This document shows, piece after piece, positions 48,594-56,397 of a stretch of DNA of 64,000 nt; position 1 is the stretch's first letter, and the number at the start of each line of letters is the position of its first letter. The DNA is from an uncultured Candidatus Saccharimonadales bacterium (GTDB lineage Bacteria > Patescibacteriota > Saccharimonadia > UBA4664). Location: NCBI GenBank assembly GCA_964609585.1, contig CAZSRA010000002.1, forward strand, positions 46,820 to 110,819. Direction: 5' to 3'. Both the position numbers and the translations under genes were made by a program. The notes under the pieces were generated by a model. It saw only the letters and a list, made by a program, of their open reading frames with translations. It did no database searches and was not told the origin of the DNA.

Positions 48594-49462
48594 GGGGCGA
48601 GCATTCCGGGCATCATGTATTTCATTATGACGTCATTATACAGATTTGGATCGGTAAGAGCGTAGGTGGCAGCCGGATTATTTTCGCTGGGTTTTGCCAG
48701 CTGGTCGTAAGTGGTGAGGCTCAACGGTCGGCGGGTGTGGCCTGCGGCCTTAACCCACTGATTGAAATCGGCCTCGGTAGTGGATTTGGCTGTGAATTTC
48801 ATGCCTGCAAAGCCTTTGCCGCTGATATTTACGGACGAACCAGCGTAACTGCCGGGAGTGTCAGCCATGAGATGGAGGCTCGTGTTCATACCGGGCATGG
48901 CGTAAATTTGGCCTCCGAGCTGGGGAATCCAGAATGAGTTCATGGGTGCATCGGCCGTGATTTCGAAATTTACTGGAGTGCCCGCAGGAAATTCGACTAG
49001 GTTAACGCTAGCGATTTGCTGTTCGGGGTAAATAAAGAGCCATTTCCACTGCAAGGCGACGACTTGAATGGTGATCGGTTTCGTGGTTGAGGCGAGGGCT
49101 TTGTACGGATCGAGCTCATGGGAGCTGCGCCAGGTAATTATCGATAGCGCAATGATGAGAGCGCAAGGAATCCCCCACCATAAGGCTTCGAGGGCATGGT
49201 TGTGGTCCCAATCGGGGGTGTATTTGGCCTTGGTGTTGCTAGCCCGGTAGCGCCAGGCGATGACGAAGGTGAGGACGAAGACCGGGATCACGACGATGAG
49301 CATGAGAAGAGTGGCGACGATGAGCAGGCTGAATTCTTTGCGCGCTATGATGCCCTGCGGGTTCAAGATAGCAATGGTGTGGCCGTGGAGTAATGACCAC
49401 CCAAGAAGAATAGCCGCAAGTACGAGCAAGGGCGGAAGCGCGAAGAGGAGTTTTTTGCTCAT
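48590..49462 (-). CDS. cyoA: Cytochrome bo3 ubiquinol oxidase subunit II (quinol oxidase type, no CuA site)
   Basis: Two N-terminal TM; [22 protein letters not shown], characteristic of CyoA. Confidence 0.9.
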   Translation of the reverse strand: MSKKLLFALPPLLVLAAILLGWSLLHGHTIAILNPQGIIARKEFSLLIVATLLMLIVVIPVFVLTFVIAWRYRASNTKAKYTPDWDHNHALEALWWGIPCALIIALSIITWRSSHELDPYKALASTTKPITIQVVALQWKWLFIYPEQQIASVNLVEFPAGTPVNFEITADAPMNSFWIPQLGGQIYAMPGMNTSLHLMADTPGSYAGSSVNISGKGFAGMKFTAKSTTEADFNQWVKAAGHTRRPLSLTTYDQLAKPSENNPAATYALTDPNLYNDVIMKYMMPGMLAP

Positions 49463-49530
49463 GATTGCTTTTACTATAGCAGATGAACTTGAAGATGAGC
49501 GCCCTCAAAGTTTGGTGATACCATGGAGTC

Positions 49531-49962
49531 ATGAAACGAACAAATACGGTTTTTGCGAAGACGGCCGTGAGTGCTGTGTTGATTTTAGCCATAGCCGGAA
49601 CTATTTTCGGAGCCGTGTGGGCGGCGAACCGTCTGATCCGTAATACGACGCAGGCAAGCCCTGTATGTGGGCCGGGATATCATGATAATCATAAGGTGAT
49701 TATTCGAAATGATGTTGTGACGCCAAGCAAAACAATGGCACCGATCTGCGATACATTGACCATAACGAACTTGGACGACCGCCGGCGATTGGTGGCTTTT
49801 GGGCCCCACGAAGCCCATGTCCCCTATGACGGGATCACGGAACGGTTGCTCGACCAGGGCCAGAGTTTGACCGTCACTTTAGTGCAAGTAGGGAGTTTTC
49901 GGTTTCACGACCACATTCAAGATGAAGTGCAGGGAACTTTTGTGGTAACGCAGGCTAAATAA
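49531..49962 (+). CDS. Hypothetical exported/membrane-anchored small protein divergent from cyoA
   Basis: N-terminal TM (VSAVLILAIAGTIFGAVW), two Cys, and FRFHDH near the C-terminus. Beta-rich, with no confident family assignment. Confidence 0.4.
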   Translation: MKRTNTVFAKTAVSAVLILAIAGTIFGAVWAANRLIRNTTQASPVCGPGYHDNHKVIIRNDVVTPSKTMAPICDTLTITNLDDRRRLVAFGPHEAHVPYDGITERLLDQGQSLTVTLVQVGSFRFHDHIQDEVQGTFVVTQAK

Positions 49963-50015
49963 TTGCTAAATTTGAGCCGAGTCCGGCTCCCGTGATGGGA
50001 GCCGGACTTCAGGGA

Positions 50016-51278
50016 TCACGCGCCTGTTTGAGCTGGCGTGATTTCGCGGCTGGAACTATCTATCGCGAGTGGTTCTGGTTCGCCTGCGACGATCATAGCC
50101 AGAAGGGCCAGACTACACAGGCCTCCGAGCAGGCCCCCTGCACAGAGCATGCCAGCAGGCAACCCATACTCGCGCACCACTGTACTCACGACAAGACCGC
50201 TGAGACTCACCACTAGATACCTACCAGTCCGGTTCACGGACATGATCGTGGCGTGCTCCGCTTCGCTGCACAGCAAGCCGATGCGCGCGTCCATGCGGGA
50301 GTATTGCAGAGGCTGGCCCAGGAAGATGAATGACACCACCACGAGGCCAAGCGGCGAGACGATCAAGCCGAGAGCGAGGTAGCAGACTGCACCAACCCCG
50401 ATGATAATCCCGAACGAACGGTAGTATCCGAACTTCCGTCCGAATCCCTTAGTCCAATCGGGCCTTACGAAGCTCTGCAGAGCGGTGTAGCCAGCCCACA
50501 GGAGCCCCGGTGTACTCGCGGGCAGGTGTTCGCCCGAGACTCTTACATTCGCGCAGTAGAGCGGAACCAGCTTCGAAGCCATGGCCGTCATGGCCATGAT
50601 CGCCGCCGAAAACGCGAAGGCCGCGAGAAGCTTTCTCCTGGCAGGGAAACTCCGCAGCAGCTTTACTATGCTCATGCCATGGTTTTTATCCAGCTCGCCT
50701 GGAGACTTCACCCAGCAGGCGCACGCGAGCATGAGGACGTACACGGCGCTCTGCGCCCATAAGGTGCTGCGCAGGCCAAAGCGCCAGACAAGCAGCGCGC
50801 CAAACAAACTCCCGGCGGATGCGCAAATTGCGATACAGCGCTGGGTCTGTGCTGAATAGTGCGCGTACATCGCGACTGCAACTTCGGGACTGTTGTCCCT
50901 TACGCAGATGCTCCTGGCCAGAGCGCTGTCGGCCCCACTCAGAAAGGCTGAGCCGCCCAAGCTGAAGACGGCTCCGACAAGCAACCAAGGACCGATGCTC
51001 GAAGCAGTCGCATACATCGCCAGACCTAGAACACAGCAAACGGAGCCAATCACGAGGCTGAGCTTGCGCCCATACCGATCGGCGGCCCGGCCGGTGGGAA
51101 CTTCGAACAGGAAGCCGAGGAAGGCCATGCCGGATCCTACCTGGAGAGCGACGGCCACAGGAGCGTGGAGGTCGTTCACCATATAGGGGGCGAGGAAGGC
51201 CAGATAGATGTTGGAGCCTGCCAGAGCCCTCAACCAGGTCAACTTGCGCAGTTCGTTGTTGAGGCAAAGAGCGCTCAC
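50016..51278 (-). CDS. MFS transporter (on a high-GC block)
   Basis: 12 TM; MFS signature PTGRAADRYGRKLSL between TM2 and TM3. Confidence 0.7.
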   Translation of the reverse strand: MSALCLNNELRKLTWLRALAGSNIYLAFLAPYMVNDLHAPVAVALQVGSGMAFLGFLFEVPTGRAADRYGRKLSLVIGSVCCVLGLAMYATASSIGPWLLVGAVFSLGGSAFLSGADSALARSICVRDNSPEVAVAMYAHYSAQTQRCIAICASAGSLFGALLVWRFGLRSTLWAQSAVYVLMLACACWVKSPGELDKNHGMSIVKLLRSFPARRKLLAAFAFSAAIMAMTAMASKLVPLYCANVRVSGEHLPASTPGLLWAGYTALQSFVRPDWTKGFGRKFGYYRSFGIIIGVGAVCYLALGLIVSPLGLVVVSFIFLGQPLQYSRMDARIGLLCSEAEHATIMSVNRTGRYLVVSLSGLVVSTVVREYGLPAGMLCAGGLLGGLCSLALLAMIVAGEPEPLAIDSSSREITPAQTGA

Positions 51279-51460
51279 GGCAACTCCCCTCTCGATGTCA
51301 GGGTTCCTGACTTACCGTTTGGCAGGTCATGCCGGATAGCCTACACCTTGTGAGGCACTCTTGCTAGTTTTTCCGGCTGCAGGGCGTCAAAAAATTACTT
51401 GAGTTTCCTAAATAATCAAGGTATGCTTTGGGCTGTAAAAAATGATTGAAGGAGTAAATT

Positions 51461-51787
51461 ATGTCGCAATATGTTCTGGTCTATAAATCCTATGAAGCTT
51501 CCGACTGGGCAGCACAGCCACAAGAAGAGGTTCAGAAAGTAATCGAAGCTTGGGGTAATTGGGTTGGCTCTTTGGGCGATGCTCGCAAGGGCGGGAGCGC
51601 CTTTAAATTCGGCGGCAAAAGCGTGAGCAAGGACGCCACCGCCGACGCAGACAACCTTCTTACGGGTTACGCTATTGTCGAAGCAGAGTCGTTTGAAGCT
51701 GCTTGCAAGATGGCACAGACTTCGCCGAATGTCGCTGCTGGGCGGGGCACAATTGAGGTTTATGAGGCTTTAGAAGTCAAAAACTAA
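51461..51787 (+). CDS. YciI-like/Dabb small protein
   Basis: 108 aa; ...GYAIVEAESFEAACKMAQTSP... resembles the YciI (DGPF) family. An AAGGAG Shine-Dalgarno site lies upstream. Confidence 0.45.
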   Translation: MSQYVLVYKSYEASDWAAQPQEEVQKVIEAWGNWVGSLGDARKGGSAFKFGGKSVSKDATADADNLLTGYAIVEAESFEAACKMAQTSPNVAAGRGTIEVYEALEVKN

Positions 51788-51824
51788 TGCTTCGGGCTTC
51801 ACGCGCGCGAGCTTAAGTAATATT

Positions 51825-51855
51825 AAAATCCCCGCAGCTTTTGCTCGGGGATTTT
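51825..51855. terminator. Bidirectional intrinsic terminator between convergent genes
   Basis: AAAATCCCCG-cagcttttgct-CGGGGATTTT: perfect 10-bp stem with flanking A and T tracts. Confidence 0.6.
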
Positions 51856-51873
51856 AATATGAGGTGATTAGGC

Positions 51874-53259
51874 TTACTTATCTTTGGCAGACGCGGTTTT
51901 GGCGGCTACTTGAGCAACAAGCGGCAGTTTGAAGCCAAAGGTACTCCCCTCTCCCAACGTTGATTCAAAGATGATTTCGCCGCCCTGGTCTTCGATGACA
52001 CGCTTGGCAAGGTACAGACCGAGGCCGGTGCCATCGGGGCGGACGGATTTGGCGTTGTCGGCACGGTAAAACTTGGCAAAGAGTTTGGCTTTCTCCGCGG
52101 GCGGGACACCCATGCCAGTGTCAATGACTTTGAGTATGGCTTGGCGGCCGGCGCGTTCCAAAGTGACTTTGACGCTGCCTTTTTCTGTGTAGTAGATGGC
52201 GTTATCGATGAAATTCATGATAACCTGGCTGGTTTTACTTTCGTCGAGGGGAATGAGGGGAAGGGGTTTTTCAGGTGGAGTGAACTCGAGGGCGAGATTT
52301 TTGCGCTCAGCCGAAGATCTCAACTGCAGGATTTGGGCCTTAATGAGGCCGGCAAGATCAGTAGGTTGCTGGATAATGTTGAACCGGCCGGCGTTGAGGC
52401 GCGATACGTTGAGGAGGTCGCTCGCCATACTTACGAGGCGTTCGGAGGATTCAAGTGCAATGCTGACATATTCACGTTGGCCGACGCTGAGGTTGCCTTT
52501 GTCCTCTTCGAGAGCCATGGAGAGATAGCCGGTAACAGCTGTAAGCGGCGTGCCAAGCTGATGGGAAGCCATGGAAATGAAGTCATCTTTGGCTTTATCG
52601 AGGACTTTGAGTTTTTGATTGGCGGTGCGCAGGTGGGCGGTTGCTTCGGTAACACGCTCCTGAAGCGTGATGTTGAATCGTTCGATTTCGCGGTTGCTAA
52701 GCCAAAATACTACAGTAATTATGATGAGGGTGAGCGAGAAACCAACGGCGTCGTTGGGGCCGGCGGGAATTTTCATCCAGCTGGAATCAAAACGAAGCGT
52801 ACCATTTTGCTGGAGCGCGCTTAAAACTATTAAACCAACCGAGACCAAGAGGGCAAAAAAGACACTCGTCCTCGTACCAAGAAGGACGGAAGCCATAACC
52901 AACACCAGTGCTAGTAGCAGGACCCCTTGGGCGAGGAAGATACCAAAACTAATCATTATGTAAAACGACAGCATGAAAAATATGCCGACAAGGGCATAGG
53001 CAGCGGGCACAAAATACCCTTTGCGAGAAAGCACCCAGAGTCCGGCAAAGAAGCTAACCTGGAGGGCGGCAAACAACGGAGGCTCGCCTGCATAGCTGGA
53101 GCCTAGGCCTATGCTCCGAACTATAACAACCACAAAAGCTAAGATACCAGCTATGGTGGAGCTGGCGAGTAAGATATTGAGAATAAACTCACGTCTCCGT
53201 CCATCGACGTTCTTGGATTTGGGATCAATGAGTAGTTTGCGCCAGTTAGAGAAATGCAT
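51874..53259 (-). CDS. Sensor histidine kinase (multi-TM N-terminus), paralogue of 20887..23067
   Basis: H-box FISMASHQLGTPLTAVTGY (Gly where the paralogue has Arg); NFIDNAIYYT; DTGMGV; GTGLGL. The C-terminal ~250 aa are about 60% identical to the kinase at 20887. Confidence 0.85.
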   Translation of the reverse strand: MHFSNWRKLLIDPKSKNVDGRRREFILNILLASSTIAGILAFVVVIVRSIGLGSSYAGEPPLFAALQVSFFAGLWVLSRKGYFVPAAYALVGIFFMLSFYIMISFGIFLAQGVLLLALVLVMASVLLGTRTSVFFALLVSVGLIVLSALQQNGTLRFDSSWMKIPAGPNDAVGFSLTLIIITVVFWLSNREIERFNITLQERVTEATAHLRTANQKLKVLDKAKDDFISMASHQLGTPLTAVTGYLSMALEEDKGNLSVGQREYVSIALESSERLVSMASDLLNVSRLNAGRFNIIQQPTDLAGLIKAQILQLRSSAERKNLALEFTPPEKPLPLIPLDESKTSQVIMNFIDNAIYYTEKGSVKVTLERAGRQAILKVIDTGMGVPPAEKAKLFAKFYRADNAKSVRPDGTGLGLYLAKRVIEDQGGEIIFESTLGEGSTFGFKLPLVAQVAAKTASAKDK

Positions 53260-53274
53260 GAGGATAATTGGATT

Positions 53275-53309
53275 ATAAAAAACTGGGCGGGTTTCGCCCA
53301 GTTTTTTTT
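53275..53309. terminator. Bidirectional intrinsic terminator; sits 16 nt upstream of the kinase start codon
   Basis: aaaaaaCTGGGCGggtttCGCCCAGtttttttt: perfect 7-bp stem with A and T tracts. Confidence 0.6.
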
Positions 53310-53312
53310 CTG

Positions 53313-53417
53313 TTATGACCAGTACGCTGCAGAACTTTCGCCGACAGCAACTTTGATCATAGCGTCGCTGCTGCGTGAGCTCTTGTCGGTCAGGGCTTTC
53401 TTGATGATCTCGCTCAT
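53313..53417 (-). CDS. Small protein, 34 aa (MSEIIKKALTDKSSRSSDAMIKVAVGESSAAYWS) with consensus SD and own terminator
   Basis: AAAGGAGGT lies 8 nt upstream of ATG 53417, and the stop is followed directly by the terminator at 53275..53309. The ORF track shows a longer 91-aa version in the same frame. Confidence 0.45.
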   Translation of the reverse strand: MSEIIKKALTDKSSRSSDAMIKVAVGESSAAYWS

Positions 53418-53634
53418 GTTTTTTACCTCCTTTCTTTGTAGATTCACCTCGGGCCCCAAGAGGCTTTTGGTGGCGAATGTAAGCTCAAATCGTGGTGATT
53501 TGAGGCTGTTAAAGAGAAGGTGGATCAGGTGATTCAAGTAGACCAGAATTACTCTGATTGTAGCATGAAAGTGGCTTTTGCAAGACACTTATGCTTATCT
53601 AGTAAATTGATTATTTTTGGCATAACGTTTAAAC

Positions 53635-55566
53635 ATGAAGCGTTTTGGTGAATTAGCCAATTTGATAGCGAGCGAGCAGCAACGTGACGGGTCGTTTATG
53701 AGTTATTCGGTCGCCCTGGGGGCTGTTTTTGGATCGGATTCTAAAACCTATCAGACGACGTTTATGACGGCTCTCATTTTGGGTGCGATTGCAGGTATCG
53801 ACGACGAGACTCTGGAGGTTGTACAGCAGCGAGCGGCAGATTGGCTACTCGCTCAGCGGGGACCGGAGTGGTCATTTAACTATTGGTCGCACGAGGAACC
53901 GGAGGTCAAGGTACGATCCTATCCAGATGATTGGGACGATACAAGCTGCGCGATTTCAGCCTTGTCGCGCGTGCGGCCCGAAGTTATTACGGGCGGCGTC
54001 CTTGGGCATATCGTGAAGCTTTTGACAGGCACCGAAGAGCAGGAAGGCGGCCCGTATCGGACATGGATTGTGGGCGAGGAGGCGCCGAAGCATTGGCATG
54101 ATGTGGATATTGCCGTGAATGCCAATATTGCGTATTTATTGAAGCTTCACGAAGTGCAATTGCCAAATTTGGAGACGCTTGTAGACACACGGATAGCGGC
54201 CGGAGAACTCGTGTCGCCGTACTATCCGACATCCGCGCCGATTGAATATTTTGTGTCGCGATGGTATCGGGGCGCTCGCTGGGAGCAGCTGCGGGAGCGG
54301 ATTTTGGCGCGGAAGCGACGAGGACGATGGGGCGGTGCGCTAGAGACGGCGCTGGCGGTGAGTAGTTTACTCAACCTGGGCGCAGAACCCGATGGGGTGG
54401 CCGGGGCAGTGAAGTGGCTGCGAAACCTGGAGCCGGCGGAGCTAAAGGCTGGGGCATTTTGTATGGATCCCGCGACTGAAGGCAAGCCGTATGTGGCGGG
54501 GGCAAGGGCTTTGACCGCGGCGCTGGTTATGGAGGCAATTTGGAACTATGACCAGGCAATAAAACGAGCCGAAGGGTCGCTGAAGCATGAGGTCGGTACG
54601 TCAGCCAATAAGCTTGATGAGTTAATCGTCCAGACGGTAATGGCGCGATTTGAGCAGGCGGGCAAAACAGTTTATGCGGATGCCCAGACTATGAAAGATA
54701 GACTGCTCGGTGGAACGGCGGCGGCTCAGATCACGGCTCTCCCCTTTTTGTTTCGGCGGGCTCTTGGTCGGCGCGGGGCGAATATCACGGACAAGCAAGT
54801 TGTACTTTGGGGAATGGTGAGTTTTTATGGATGGATCGCGTATACCGTTTATGATGATTTTTTGGATGAGGAAGGCAAGCCACAGCTGCTACCGGTGGCC
54901 AATGTTGCCCTTCGAGAGCTGGTTTTGCTGGTGCAACATGAAGCCAATCGAGTAGACGGACTCGGAGAGATAGCCTGGGGGGTCCTGGATGGCCAAGAGG
55001 CGGCCAATGCCTGGGAGGTCACCTATTGCCGAGTAGCGCGTCAAAGTGACCTGAGGCGGGTAGCGGTACCAGACTTTGGGAACTTGGCGGCGCTGGCAGA
55101 GCGCTCAATGGGTCACGCTTTGGGATGTGTGGCGCTGACACTGGCGCTAGGATACGCTCCGACAAGCATGGAAGTGAAAACGGTACGATCATTCTTCTAT
55201 CATTTCCTGATTGCCCGGCAATTAGGAGATGACCTGGCGGATTGGAAAGTGGACCTGGAGAAGGGACAGATCAATGCAGTAGGAGCGTGGCTGCTAAGCG
55301 AAGCGGGTCAGCAAGATGAGAGCGTGGCTAAGCTGTATCACCGACTGGAACGAATATTATGGGAAAAAACGGCGGTGGCGGTAAAGCAACGAATGACGTT
55401 GGAGCTCAATGAAGCCCGAGCGCAACTGAAGCACATGAATTTTATCGAAGAGCCAAAAATACTGCTGGGACTCCTCGCGCCGATTGAGGCGGATATCGAA
55501 GCAACTGAGCGTAAACGCCAGCAAACTGCTGAATTTCTACAGTCTTACGAAGCGAAAAATTTATAG
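53635..55566 (+). CDS. Two-domain isoprenoid-enzyme-like protein: N-terminal alpha/alpha-toroid terpene-cyclase-like domain (SHC-type YPDxDDT motif) fused to a C-terminal class I terpene-synthase/trans-IPPS-like domain (DDxxD and DDxxDxxxD)
   Basis: N-terminal region: QW-like repeats (EQQRDGSF, AQRGPEWSFNYW, EEQEGGPYRTW) and SYPDDWDDTSCAISAL, which mirrors the squalene-hopene cyclase catalytic context YPDVDDTAVVVWAL. C-terminal region: WIAYTVYDDFLDEEG and, ~130 aa later, IARQLGDDLADWKVDLEKG. Confidence 0.55.
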   Translation: MKRFGELANLIASEQQRDGSFMSYSVALGAVFGSDSKTYQTTFMTALILGAIAGIDDETLEVVQQRAADWLLAQRGPEWSFNYWSHEEPEVKVRSYPDDWDDTSCAISALSRVRPEVITGGVLGHIVKLLTGTEEQEGGPYRTWIVGEEAPKHWHDVDIAVNANIAYLLKLHEVQLPNLETLVDTRIAAGELVSPYYPTSAPIEYFVSRWYRGARWEQLRERILARKRRGRWGGALETALAVSSLLNLGAEPDGVAGAVKWLRNLEPAELKAGAFCMDPATEGKPYVAGARALTAALVMEAIWNYDQAIKRAEGSLKHEVGTSANKLDELIVQTVMARFEQAGKTVYADAQTMKDRLLGGTAAAQITALPFLFRRALGRRGANITDKQVVLWGMVSFYGWIAYTVYDDFLDEEGKPQLLPVANVALRELVLLVQHEANRVDGLGEIAWGVLDGQEAANAWEVTYCRVARQSDLRRVAVPDFGNLAALAERSMGHALGCVALTLALGYAPTSMEVKTVRSFFYHFLIARQLGDDLADWKVDLEKGQINAVGAWLLSEAGQQDESVAKLYHRLERILWEKTAVAVKQRMTLELNEARAQLKHMNFIEEPKILLGLLAPIEADIEATERKRQQTAEFLQSYEAKNL

Positions 55567-55574
55567 CCGAAGCG

Positions 55575-55973
55575 CTAGGCCGCCGGGGGAATTTCGTTGC
55601 GCGTGTAGCCAGCCAGAATACCGCGGACAATCTCATCGACTTGGCCGGGTTTGTTTTCGCTTTTTACGATGTAGCGTACAGCGCCGAGCTCGAGAGCAGC
55701 TTGGACATCGTTCGAACCGGCGAGGTTGGTAAGTACGACGACGGGGATTTTTTTGGTTTCTGGGTCGGCTTTGAGGCGCTTTAAGACTTCAAGTCCGTTG
55801 AGTTTGGGCATCATAATGTCGAGCAAAACGAGATCAGGTTTAAAGGAGCGGGTTTTGTCGAGGCCAATTTCGCCGTTGGCGGCTACCTCCACCTCATAGC
55901 TGCTCGAGGAAAACACGATTTGATACATGCGCGACAGTAGGGCGTCGTCTTCGATGATGAGAATTTTAGCCAC
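55575..55973 (-). CDS. Response regulator, receiver domain only
   Basis: KILIIEDD...LVLLDIMMP...VVVLTN...YIVK; 132 aa. Confidence 0.85.
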   Translation of the reverse strand: MAKILIIEDDALLSRMYQIVFSSSSYEVEVAANGEIGLDKTRSFKPDLVLLDIMMPKLNGLEVLKRLKADPETKKIPVVVLTNLAGSNDVQAALELGAVRYIVKSENKPGQVDEIVRGILAGYTRNEIPPAA

Positions 55974-56014
55974 AACAACTCCTTGATTTGATTATATGAT
56001 ACAGCTGTTTTGCG

Positions 56015-56392
56015 TTACTTTTTAGACTTTTTTGAAAGGATGTCTTTTATTTCGGCTACGAGCTCTTTGGGTGTGAATTTTGATTTGGCTAAATAGTTTT
56101 CGGCTCCAAGTTCCATGGCTTCTTTATAAAGCTCCGGGGATGAAAGGTTGCTAAAAACGACAACTTTGGTTTCGGGATGGTTTTTGGCGTCGAAGGTGCG
56201 CAAGAATTCGAGACCTCCGATGTTGGCCATGAGTAGATCCAGCAGAATGAGATCCGGCTTTAATTCCTTGAGTATATCCAGGGCGTCCTGGCCGTCTGAG
56301 GCCACGGTGACATCGTAACCTTCGCCGGCAAGGGCGGTTTGGAAAATTTTTCGAATATTCGGATAGTCTTCGACAATTAATATTTTAGCCAC
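56015..56392 (-). CDS. Response regulator, receiver domain only
   Basis: KILIVEDYP...LILLDLLMA...VVVFSN...YLAK; 125 aa. Confidence 0.85.
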   Translation of the reverse strand: MAKILIVEDYPNIRKIFQTALAGEGYDVTVASDGQDALDILKELKPDLILLDLLMANIGGLEFLRTFDAKNHPETKVVVFSNLSSPELYKEAMELGAENYLAKSKFTPKELVAEIKDILSKKSKK

Positions 56393-56397
56393 GCGCG

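Noticed and set aside
53313-53588. The 91-aa version of the minus-strand ORF given in the track
   Set aside because: Its upstream 57 residues have no Shine-Dalgarno site and read as low-information sequence. The internal ATG at 53417 has a perfect AAAGGAGGT site, so the 34-aa form is favoured.
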